From positions 49,876,639 to 49,940,638 of the forward strand of contig NC_068997.1 in the NCBI RefSeq assembly GCF_001194135.2: a DNA stretch of 64,000 nucleotides. The letters are read 5' to 3'. This DNA comes from Octopus bimaculoides (taxonomy: Eukaryota). Each line of letters starts with the position of its first letter. Position 1 is the stretch's first letter. The notes below the pieces were generated by a model. It worked only from the letters and a program-made list of their open reading frames with translations, did not search any database and was not told the DNA's origin. The translations under genes and the position numbers were made by a program. This document shows, in pieces, positions 12,359-22,823 of this stretch.

Positions 12359-13857
12359 ACTAGCAGAGATACCCGGCGTTGCCCGTGTTACATGCAATTG
12401 AAGGATGAGACTTTTCTCTTATATTTCCTGTAAGGAACTGGAATAGATATGATTCGAATTTCATCAAAATTGCACATGAGGGTTCTTTCCCTCTTTACAC
12501 ACCCTAAAAAATTCTAATCATGAGACATGTATCCCATACTATTAATCTTTATGCACATATTCCAAAATTTCAGTCTTCTGGAACCTGTAAAAAGGATTTT
12601 GCTCCTGAAAAATGGAGCTCATGGAGCTCTAAAATGTGGGAATGAAGGCCCCTATTGGAGGTGGGTGTGATAATGTCAACCAGAGAAGTTGAATTGTGGG
12701 GAATGTTTTTAACTTTGGTCTTATAGTATACCTGTATATATGCNNNNNNNNNNNNNNNNNNNNNNNNNNNNNNNNNNNNNNNNNNNNNNNNNNNNNNNNN
12801 NNNNNNNNNNNNNNNNNNNNNNNNNNNNNNNNNNNNNNNNNNNNNNNNNNNNNNNNNNNNNNNNNNNNNNNNNNNNNNNNNNNNNNNNNNNNNNNNNNNN
12901 NNNNNNNNNNNNNNNNNNNNNNNNNNNNNNNNNNNNNNNNNNNNNNNNNNNNNNNNNNNNNNNNNNNNNNNNNNNNNNNNNNNNNNNNNNNNNNNNNNNN
13001 NNNNNNNNNNNNNNNNNNNNNNNNNNNNNNNNNNNNNNNNNNNNNNNNNNNNNNNNNNNNNNNNNNNNNNNNNNNNNNNNNNNNNNNNNNNNNNNNNNNN
13101 NNNNNNNNNNNNNNNNNNNNNNNNNNNNNNNNNNNNNNNNNNNNNNNNNNNNNNNNNNNNNNNNNNNNNNNNNNNNNNNNNNNNNNNNNNNNNNNNNNNN
13201 NNNNNNNNNNNNNNNNNNNNNNNNNNNNNNNNNNNNNNNNNNNNNNNNNNNNNNNNNNNNNNNNNNNNNNNNNNNNNNNNNNNNNNNNNNNNNNNNNNNN
13301 NNNNNNNNNNNNTGTGAGTGTATATATGTATAGATATCTGTATGCATGTATATATGTGTACATATTACATGTACATCTATATATACATCTACACATATGT
13401 ATACATATACATGTATGCATATAGATCTATATCTCTATATATATCTATACATATACGTGTACATATACATGTATATGCATACATATACATCTCTCTCTCT
13501 GAAACCATTAAAGTGAAAGTATCTGTCATTATAGTATCGAAATGTGATTGTTTCAGTTAGTGGAATAGTTTCATTTTTAAAGTGAAAGTATTTGACATGA
13601 GTGTTTTTGTGTCACTTTTGACACGTAATACTTAAATAGTGGAGGAGATATTATGTTGCTGTGGGCTCGAACTATGCAAGAAGTTAAACATTTGTTTTAC
13701 TAAAACACAACCGGGACCCTAAGTAAGGGTAAAATTTGAATGAAATTGGTAAAATTTGAATGAAATTGGTTGTGTAGTTCTCGAGTTTTAGGGAAACACA
13801 CACACACACACACAGACAGACAGACAGACAGACATTTTCATTTTTATATATATAGAT
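12359..13857 (+). mobile_element. Non-autonomous Helitron/Helentron-like element (Lep1/DINE-like), gap inside
   Basis: ACTAGC...TACCCGGCGTTGCCCG start; 3' end with AAATTGGT..GTAGTT, (ACAG)n microsatellite and TATATATAGAT. Continuity across the gap 12744-13312 is assumed. Confidence 0.5.
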
Positions 13858-15720
13858 AACTAGTCCGGATACTTTTTGATACCACTCCGCATTTCATCAA
13901 CCTTGAAATGATGGAAGTCAAAGATGGAAGTCAAAGATGGAAGTCAAATGATGGAAGTTAAATTCAGAATGTAGAGATGTATGAAATCTACTCGGCATTT
14001 TGTCCAGCATACTAAGAATTTTTCCAGGTCACTTATGATGGATATAATAGTAAAAACGTACCAAAAGTATAAATTTGCATTTTATTGAATGTTAATTCAA
14101 CATTATTAATTTCTCAGATAAATAAATTTATGTCATAGTGGAACAGTTCATACAATTCTGTTATCAGTTTCAACTTCGATAAGGGAAGCTTTTATTTATA
14201 TAACAACAATAAAATTAATAACGCGAGGTGAACGTTATTCAAATGAAAAATCTACTGAATTATCAGAAAAATATGACAGCCTAATCTAATCTCAATATTT
14301 ATACATGTTTAAGATAAATGTGGAGGCCATGTTCAATAAAATTCTCATGACCTATTTTAGCAGTGAAATATCATCACCACCATCATCATCATCGTCGTCG
14401 TCGTTGTCCTCGACGTCGTCGTCATCATCATCATTTGAATGTTCATTTTTCCATGCTTACACGAGTTTGACAGAATTTGGTGAAGCAGATTTTCTGCAGC
14501 CCTCCCTGTTTCCAAATAACGTACTATGTTTCCCATGGCCAGACATGTTTGTCGCAAACTACTGAAAACGAAAGACAGCTTGCTTGAGAATGGCACTTGT
14601 TTAGAACGGTCACACAATGTCAAGGCAAGAAGACAGTAACACGCACGCACACACAACAGATTTCTTTTAATTTCTGCCTACCAGTCTCAAGTCTTTGATC
14701 AACCCAGGGCTATAGTAAAAGACATTTGCCGAAAACTATATGGATGAGAAATGAACTTCTTACAGCACAGCCTCACTAAATCCTACTTGAAAGAATATAT
14801 ATATATATATATATATATATANNNNNNNNNNNNNNNNNNNNNNNNNNNNNNNNNNNNNNNNNNNNNNNNNNNNNNNNNNNNNNNNNNNNNNNNNNNNNNN
14901 NNNNNNNNNNNNNNNNNNNNNNNNNNNNNNNNNNNNNNNNNNNNNNNNNNNNNNNNNNNNNNNNNNNNNNNNNNNNNNNNNNNNNNNNNNNNNNNNNNNN
15001 NNNNNNNNNNNNNNNNNNNNNNNNNNNNNNNNNNNNNNNNNNNNNNNNNNNNNNNNNNNNNNNNNNNNNNNNNNNNNNNNNNNNNNNNNNNNNNNNNNNN
15101 NNNNNNNNNNNNNNNNNNNNNNNNNNNNNNNNNNNNNNNNNNNNNNNNNNNNNNNNNNNNNNNNNNNNNNNNNNNNNNNNNNNNNNNNNNNNNNNNNNNN
15201 NNNNNNNNNNNNNNNNNNNNNNNNNNNNNNNNNNNNNNNNNNNNNNNNNNNNNNNNNNNATAAAAAATAAAAACAAAAACTTAAATAACTATATTTTTTA
15301 TTCTTTTACTTGTTTCAGTCATTTTGACTGCGGCCATGCTGGAGCACTAAATACTATATCTGATAGTTAACATCATCAGATATCAATTACATAACAACAT
15401 TTTTCAGGTGCGAGGGGCCGCTAGTGGTTGAGTTAAGAGGATAAACTCCCAGAAACGTTGGTAAAAGAGATAAAAAAAATAAACAGCTACCATAGTAAAC
15501 CAGTTTTATTCCCGCGGGTTTGCCACCGTCTTCCCCACTCGACAGACCACGTTTTCTCCCACCTCCTTCGTCACAATACTTTTTTTTTTTATCTTTGATA
15601 TATAAAAAGAACAAAGAAAAAAAAAAGAGTGTGTTTATCTAAGGGAAATCACTCTCATAGTCATCCAGTGGAAACGAGATAATTCCCGAGAAACTGACGG
15701 TGGAAAAGCAATTTCCAAAC

Positions 15721-18465
15721 ATGAATCGAAAAGATGGAAGCGAACTGGTTATTGGTGATCGTATCGAATGTGAAAATTATTTTGGGACGATAAAATTTAT
15801 AGGACAAGTTGAAGCAATGGAAGGTATTTGGTTTGGTATTGATTGGGATGAAATTCATCGGGGAAAACATGACGGTAGCTATAAAGGTAAGCGTTATTTT
15901 CAAGCAGGCCATCCTAAATCTGGTTCGTTTATTAAACCAATAAAGGCTAAATTGGGACAATCTTTCTCTGATGCTTATGTCTGTAAACTTGGCGATATCA
16001 TAGATGTGCGTTCAACAATTCTGATTCTCGATAATTATGCAATTTATGGTCTTGGTTCCCAGGAAGTGACCAGTCAGTTTTCGGCGATTGCCTCAAAAAT
16101 AACAGAACTAGATCTTTCAGGTAATTTGTTGAAGAACTGGACTCAAGTTGCGGAAATTAGTAGCTTAATTCCTAATCTGTTAAAGTTAAATGTAAGTAAT
16201 AACCGTTTAATAATTTCTGAACACGCAGAAATTTTGTCAAAATCTTTTGCCAATGTAGAGGATCTGGTTTTAAATCGAATGACCTACGACTGGGACGACA
16301 TTTTATCTGCTACGTCGATGTTTCCGTCCCTTCGAGGTTTGTACGTGTGTTTTAATAATTTGGAAAAATTGAATGATCCCACGGGGAAATTGACGAAACT
16401 GAAATTTCTCTCATTAACAGACAATCGCTTAAGTGACTGGAATGAACTTTTAAAACTTGGTCAGCTTCCACAATTGAGCACACTTTATGTGAATAACAAT
16501 CAACTGACAGCTGTCTCTTTTAATGACGTATCTTTGGAAGACGGCGAGAAAACCACATATTTTCGTTCTCTTAAGCGTTTAGATTTAAGCAGCAACCTCA
16601 TCGATAACCTGTCATCAATCGATGAGCTTAGTAAATTAATCAACCTTACCGAGTTTTCTTTCCTTCATAATCCAGCAGCAGATATAGATGAGGACAAACT
16701 ATTTAATCTAATAATTGCCAAAATTGGCAGTTTAAAAAAATATGCCAAAACTATTATCCATGATGAAGTACAGAAAGATGCTGAAATATTTTATCTTCGC
16801 ATGATTGAGAAACAGGCATTAGAGAAAAATATCGGTGAAGAAGACAGAGCTAAAACATGTTCAAGGTACAAAGAGCTAGGACAGAAATATGGTTATGAAT
16901 ATCCTGAGAAGCATTCCCTCCAAGGTAATTTAAAAGACGGCGATATTCCAGAAGAAATGATCAGAAACAAGAAATTATTTCCAGATATGAACCGAAATGA
17001 TGGAAGCAAACTGGTTATCGGTGATCGTATTGAAAGTGAGAATTATTTTGGGACGATAAAATTTATAGGAGAAGTCGACACAATGGAAGGTATTTGGTTT
17101 GGCATTGATTGGGATGAAATTCATCGGGGAAAACATGACGGTAGCTATAAAGGTAGGCGTTATTTTCAAGCAGGCCATCCTAAATCTGGTTCCTTTATTA
17201 ACCCACTTAACATTAACCTCGGACAATCTTTTCCTGATGCTTACATCTGTAAAGCTAAAGATGTTTTAAATGTGCCTTCAAGAGTTCTGATTCTCAATAA
17301 TTTTGCAGTTTATGGTCTTGGTTCCCAGAAAGTAACCAGTCATTTTTTGGTGACTGCCTCAAAATTAACTGAGCTAGATCTTTCTAAAAATCTGTTGAAG
17401 AGTTGGACTCAAGTTGTGGAAATTGCTAACATTATTCCTAATCTAATTACATTAAATTTAAGTAGTAACCGTTTAATAATTCCTGAAAATGTAGAAATGT
17501 TTGCAAAATCTTTTGCAAATGTTGAAGAACTTATTCTGAACAGAATGAACTATGACTGGGCTAACATTTTATCTGTTACATCGATGTTTCCATCCCTTCA
17601 ACGTTTGTACGTGAGTTTCAATAATTTGGAAACATTTATTAATTCCACAGGAAAATTGACAAAGCTAAAATTTCTCTCATTGTCAAACAATTGTATTAGT
17701 GACGCGAATGAACTTTTAAAACTTGGGCAACTTCCTCAGTTGAGTACACTTTATGTAACTAACAATCAATTGACATCTGTCTCTTTTAATGACGTATCTT
17801 TGGAAGATGGCAAGAAAACATCACATTTTTGTTCTCTTGAATGTCTAAGTTTAAACAAGAATAACATCAATGACCTGTCATCAATCGATGAGCTTAGCAA
17901 ACTGGCCAAGCTGACTGATCTTATTTTAGTAAATAACCCATTGGGAGCTGTATATAAGGATAAACTATTTTATATTACCGTTGGTAAAATTGGCAGTTTA
18001 AAAAAATATGATAAAACCTTTATTCGTGATGAAGAAAGGAAAAACGCTGAAGTATATTATCTAGATATGGTTGAGAGGGAGGCATTAGAAAAAAATATCG
18101 GTGAAGAAGACACAGCTAAAACATGTTCAAGGTACAAAGAACTGGTGAAGAAATATGGACATGCGAGTCCCGAATCATTAATATCTAAAACAGTTCTGCT
18201 AAAAGATAAATTAATTGTTGTTGATATCCAAACTGAAAATATTCCTGATAAAGTATTGAAGAACAAGAGATTGTCTCCAGACATAACCATTCTAAAACTG
18301 AAGTCACTTGTACAAAAACTCTTTGGAACTGAAGAAATAACAAACCTTAAACTATCTTATATCAGTAGAGAAAATCCTGAAGTAAAAGTTGAATTAGATG
18401 ATGATTTGAAGCCACTGTCTCATTACAGTATAGAAAATGGTGACAGTTTAATTGCAAAGTGGTAA
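15721..18465 (+). CDS. TBCE: Intronless tandem-fused tubulin-specific chaperone E-like protein, 914 aa: (CAP-Gly + LRR + partial UBL, 422 aa) + (CAP-Gly + LRR + complete UBL, 492 aa)
   Basis: Uninterrupted ORF; first ATG at 15721 (the track start at 15700 is a GTG). Two CAP-Gly domains (GDRIE...GIDWDEIHRGKHDGSYKG.RYF), two LRR arrays (LDLS.NLL..W..V; L..LNVS.NRL; L..LYV.NNQL; NP), LRR cap (AE..YL...RYKEL..KYG) and the TBCE C-terminal UBL ending ELDDDLKPLSHYSIENGDSLIAKW. Unit 2 begins at ATG 16987. Confidence 0.93.
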   Translation: MNRKDGSELVIGDRIECENYFGTIKFIGQVEAMEGIWFGIDWDEIHRGKHDGSYKGKRYFQAGHPKSGSFIKPIKAKLGQSFSDAYVCKLGDIIDVRSTILILDNYAIYGLGSQEVTSQFSAIASKITELDLSGNLLKNWTQVAEISSLIPNLLKLNVSNNRLIISEHAEILSKSFANVEDLVLNRMTYDWDDILSATSMFPSLRGLYVCFNNLEKLNDPTGKLTKLKFLSLTDNRLSDWNELLKLGQLPQLSTLYVNNNQLTAVSFNDVSLEDGEKTTYFRSLKRLDLSSNLIDNLSSIDELSKLINLTEFSFLHNPAADIDEDKLFNLIIAKIGSLKKYAKTIIHDEVQKDAEIFYLRMIEKQALEKNIGEEDRAKTCSRYKELGQKYGYEYPEKHSLQGNLKDGDIPEEMIRNKKLFPDMNRNDGSKLVIGDRIESENYFGTIKFIGEVDTMEGIWFGIDWDEIHRGKHDGSYKGRRYFQAGHPKSGSFINPLNINLGQSFPDAYICKAKDVLNVPSRVLILNNFAVYGLGSQKVTSHFLVTASKLTELDLSKNLLKSWTQVVEIANIIPNLITLNLSSNRLIIPENVEMFAKSFANVEELILNRMNYDWANILSVTSMFPSLQRLYVSFNNLETFINSTGKLTKLKFLSLSNNCISDANELLKLGQLPQLSTLYVTNNQLTSVSFNDVSLEDGKKTSHFCSLECLSLNKNNINDLSSIDELSKLAKLTDLILVNNPLGAVYKDKLFYITVGKIGSLKKYDKTFIRDEERKNAEVYYLDMVEREALEKNIGEEDTAKTCSRYKELVKKYGHASPESLISKTVLLKDKLIVVDIQTENIPDKVLKNKRLSPDITILKLKSLVQKLFGTEEITNLKLSYISRENPEVKVELDDDLKPLSHYSIENGDSLIAKW

Positions 18466-18582
18466 TTTTGGCTTTAATACATTCCTGTCTATGATAACTT
18501 TAAACAGGCAGTTATTCTGCTTTCGTAAAATTGAGGAAATAATAATATTAATTATAATAATAATAATTGTAAAAATAATAAT

Positions 18583-19142
18583 AACAAGAGCACTCAGAGA
18601 GCGCAAACCTCCACCAAGATAACACCAACATCTTGTCAACAATTAGTCAGAGATGATTTTTGAAATGAGAATATCTGAAATAAACTCGTCTGCTCTCACA
18701 AGCGAGAATACTAAAAACGAACTCGACCGCTCTCAAAAATTAAGTAAAACAAACCTGAAAAATAAACCAGAATCCTTCTCTGGTACCTGATAGATCCCAA
18801 TGATAGTCATGAAATGTGAAAGTGACTGTAGAAAATTTAGTAACAGTAATAAGTAGTTTATCCTTATTTAATACAAGCAAAGTTCAATTCATTATTCAAA
18901 ATAGTTACGGCCTAAAGGGAGATAATTGAGAAGGACTTGAAAATTAACATAATATAACAAATAATCCAGACTCCTTGTCCGGTACCCAAAATCTAATTAG
19001 TTCATGCCAGTGACAAGGCCAAACATTCCTGAAAGTTTCATCCAAATCCATCCAGCGGTTCTTGAGATATCTTGAACACGGACAAACAAACAAATATGAC
19101 TGAGAACAATACCTCTGCCTTCGTTAAGGCAGAGGTGATAAT
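18583..19142 (+). mobile_element. Non-autonomous Helentron-type (HINE-like) element just after the TBCE fusion gene
   Basis: AACAAGAGCACTC start, 3' hairpin ACCTCTGCCTT-cgtt-AAGGCAGAGGT; a homologous inverted copy lies at 39455-39819. Confidence 0.65.
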
Positions 19143-19849
19143 TTTTTTTTCAAAATTTTGGTACAAGGTCAGCAATAATGTAAAGAGTTGCAAGAAATGC
19201 CGCTAAGCAATTTGTCCGATGCTTTAACAATTTTGCTAGCATGGTGTCACACAAATGGCACATAGAAGCATCCATTACACTCTGAGAGTAGTTGGCATTA
19301 GGAAGAGCATCCAGCTGTAGAAACCATGCCAAATCAGTCTGGAGTCTGGTGCAGCCTTCCAGCTTCCCAGCCCTGGTTAAACCGTTGAACCCATGCTAGT
19401 ATGGACATTCGACGTTAATGATAATAATAATCAAAATAATAATAATAATTAAGGCATTGAGCTGGCAGAATTATTAACATGCTGGACAGAAATGCTCAGC
19501 AGCATTTCATCTGTCTGTATGTCCTGACTTCAAATTCCACTGAGATCAAATTTACTATCCGTCCTTGCTGGCCTTGTGACAAAATTTGAAACTACCTCCA
19601 ATAATAATAACAATAACACTAATAATTAATACTGTTTTATTCACTGAACTTATATCAAAATTTTGTGTGAAATTTCATAATATATTTTCTTTCTTGCTTT
19701 CTTATTATTTAATTGGTTTGGGACAAACATAATTTAGCTATTTAATATTAAAAAAATCTTGATATATGTTTCATATAAACTTCATATCATTTGCTCATAT
19801 ATTTTGATAATAAAGAAATATTTTTTTACATGCTCCAAATTCATTTTTG

Positions 19850-20200
19850 AATAGAAACTTTGTTCTGCCCACCTGTTTAGTATTGCATTTGAATTTAACC
19901 ATGACACCTGAAAACCAGTCAAAGAAAGAAACAGGACACTTTTGATAGCAGATGTCTCCAGAAAATACTGGACATCAAATGGAACAACTTTATCGGCAGT
20001 AAGGAGGTCAAAAGAAGAACAGACCAATGCCCAGCAGACATCATCATCCGCAAATGCTGAATGAATTGGCTGCAACACGTTGGACTCTTGATGAACAAAT
20101 TCATCAATCAAGTCCTTAAGTGGAAGCCTCAAGGCAACAGCACAGAGGACATCTCAAGATGGACTGGCACCAGATGGTTGGTAGGGACCTGGTAAATCTA
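19850..20200 (+). mobile_element. RTE-type LINE 3' remnant
   Basis: DTFDSRCLQKILDIKWNNFI...IIIRK...VLKWKPQG, the RTE ORF C-terminal pattern with stops. Confidence 0.65.
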
Positions 20201-20648
20201 GGACGAAATGATGTACTGAGAGCATGCTGCTGACTGGATCTTGTTGGAGTGTTTTCACTGCCTCATGTATTACCCATTGTGGAAGCATTTAAATAAAGTC
20301 ATCTAACTACACATCTAGAAAACAACTAATTAAATTTTATAATTTTTTTGAATTCTTTATAATAGGGTTGTTATAAGATTACAAACTGAAAAATTAATTA
20401 GATATGCTATCAGCATGAAAAAAATAGTAGTTAACTTTGGTGTTAACATACTTAATGCTGGAAGATTAAAAAAACCTAACCAGAAATAAGTTAAGTGGTA
20501 ATGAAACAAAGATTAATAGGAACTGAATATTAAAACTTGAAGTACTTTTATCAATATGGAAGACAACTCCTGATACGTTTTGGTATCATTATGACCTCCT
20601 CAGCAAAGTGCAGGATACGCTCTGTGTTATTATATCTACATGTGTACA

Positions 20649-20729
<81 letters not shown>

Positions 20730-20931
20730 GTAAAATACAGGTGCTTATACTTATCAAGTATTACCTCTAAAATTTACAATACCTATATATATATATATAT
20801 AAAATGAAGAACAAACACGAAAAAACAACGTGAGGACATGGTACATGCAAAGTATTAGCAGATGCTCATATATAGAAAATATATATATATGTGTGTGTAT
20901 ATATATATATATATATAAGTAATGTTTATTG

Positions 20932-21286
20932 CCACTTAAACATAGCTGTTCCATAGGAACTGATGTTACTGCTATTTTTAACCCCAGGAGGACGCCACCT
21001 CCAGCTAATTATTCAATGCAATCTGCACTCAATATGTTGCAAGCAGGGAAGTGAACCCCTACCTACGTCCGGCCACAAGACCACCAGACTATGTTTTTGA
21101 TCTCTTATTGGTCATCCTCAGAGGTAGCAGTAGTCCACTGCAGCCTGCAATATATGGAAATCAAGTGACACACAGTCACTGATCTTGCAACAAGCAAATT
21201 AGTTTCGAACTAGCTGGAGGAGGTGACTGCCTGGGGTTAAAAATAGCAGTAACACCAGGTCCTACAGAACAGCCATGTTTAAGTGG
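20932..21286. mobile_element. MITE with ~75-bp imperfect TIRs
   Basis: CCACTTAAACATAGCTG...TTACTGCTATTTTTAACCCCAGG / CCTGGGGTTAAAAATAGCAGTAA...CATGTTTAAGTGG; a related end lies near 61075-61185. Confidence 0.75.
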
Positions 21287-21429
21287 TGATAGGCATTACT
21301 ACTCAGTGTAGTTACTTTCATCTCTTACAGAGATTTTCTAACAAGCTAATTTGCTTATATACAGAGAGAGAGAGAGATGTTTGTGTGCATGTGTATATCA
21401 CTCTTTACTTTGATATCATTAATATCACA

Positions 21430-22540
21430 CGCTAGTATCACTTGACATACAAGGAGTGTCCTTTGTTTCCAATCTTCCAAGAAAAACATGACCAACCATG
21501 GAGAAATATTCTCTGGCTTAGATCTGATACAATGTTTAATATGGAATGTCTCTATTGTTTGTGTAGATTGCTGATCAGATGGAACGTTATGTGTTGAGAA
21601 ACACAATGGTTATCTATATGAAAGCTAAAAGATTTTATGACAATCTGCAGAATAGCCATGAAGCAACTTGTGATGCAAAACCTTTTCTGGTTATTGACTG
21701 CTGGTTTGAAAGGTTTAAAGAAGTGCCTTATTTTGTACAATATTAAAATAGTCAGTGAAGCTGCCACTGCTGATGTAGAGTCTGCTATTAATTATCCTGC
21801 AAAACCAAAGAAACTGATTGCTGAAAAAAGCTACATACCAGAACAAGTGTACAATTTTGATGAAGTTTGGCTTTTCTGGAAGTGTATGTCTGCCAGGACA
21901 TTTAAAAAAAAATTCTGGTGAAGAAAACTGATACCAAACTTTAACCATTTAGCATTTAGATTTTTTTTTTTTCTGTCTTGCGAGTACTTGGTGATTCTGT
22001 CAGTGCAGGTGCCACTTAACCCACCCAAGAGACATAAATGGTGGCACGTAAAAAGTGCCATGCAAATGTGGCCGTTGCCAGTGCCGCCTGACTGGTTCCC
22101 TTGCCAGTGATACATAAAAACCACCCACTATACTCTCGGAGTGGTTGACATTAGGAAGGGCATCCAGCTGTAGAAACCTTGCCAGATCAGATTGGAGCCT
22201 GGTGCAGCCTTCTGGTTCACCAGTCCTCAGTCAAACCGTCCAATCCATGCCAGCATGGAAAACAGACCTTAAATGATGATGATGATGTTCTTTCTGATAA
22301 CATCAGAATGGAATACAACCTTGAGAACACAGCTTCTTTGCTCCAGATCAAGGTGACTTGATTAACTTCAAGGTTTATTATCTGAAAAGAACTTTTGGAC
22401 AATGTAGAAAAGCAGTTGATAGGATAGATAATGCTAGCGTGAAAGATGTCTGGGAAAAGTTCCACATTATGGAATTATGATGGATGCTGTGGATGATGTC
22501 AGGTGAAGGAATCAAGTCATGGCTATGAATGGTATTGAAG
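21430..22540 (+). mobile_element. pogo/Tigger (TIGD1-like) transposase remnant, interrupted by a SINE
   Basis: LYNIKIVSEAATADVESAINYP...SYIPEQVYNFDE..LFWKCM..RTF. Confidence 0.7.
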
Positions 22541-22792
22541 GTTGTATATATAAATGCTTCATCTAGGTGTATTTTTTTTATTGTGTAACAAAAATTTTCT
22601 CTTTATCTGATGAATTTCTCATGAGAAATTCTTTACATGTGTATATAACATGTAAATCTCTGTAACAGCTATTAGCAAATGAAACATGTATAATGCAGAA
22701 TAAATAATACCAAAACATTTCCACTTTCCTGTTTTGTTATATATGTATACTCTTTGTATGTATGTATAATATATGTATATATATGTAATATA

Positions 22793-22823
<31 letters not shown>

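Noticed and set aside
15700-15720. GTG/TTG start extensions of the TBCE ORFs (15700 and 27098)
   Set aside because: The track uses bacterial-style starts; in an animal gene the first ATGs (15721, 27077) are the default. Non-AUG initiation cannot be excluded but is unsupported.
18466-18590. Canonical poly(A) tail and TSDs proving retroposition of the TBCE copies
   Set aside because: No clear poly(A) tail or matching TSD at either locus; the retrocopy interpretation rests only on intron absence and homology limits.
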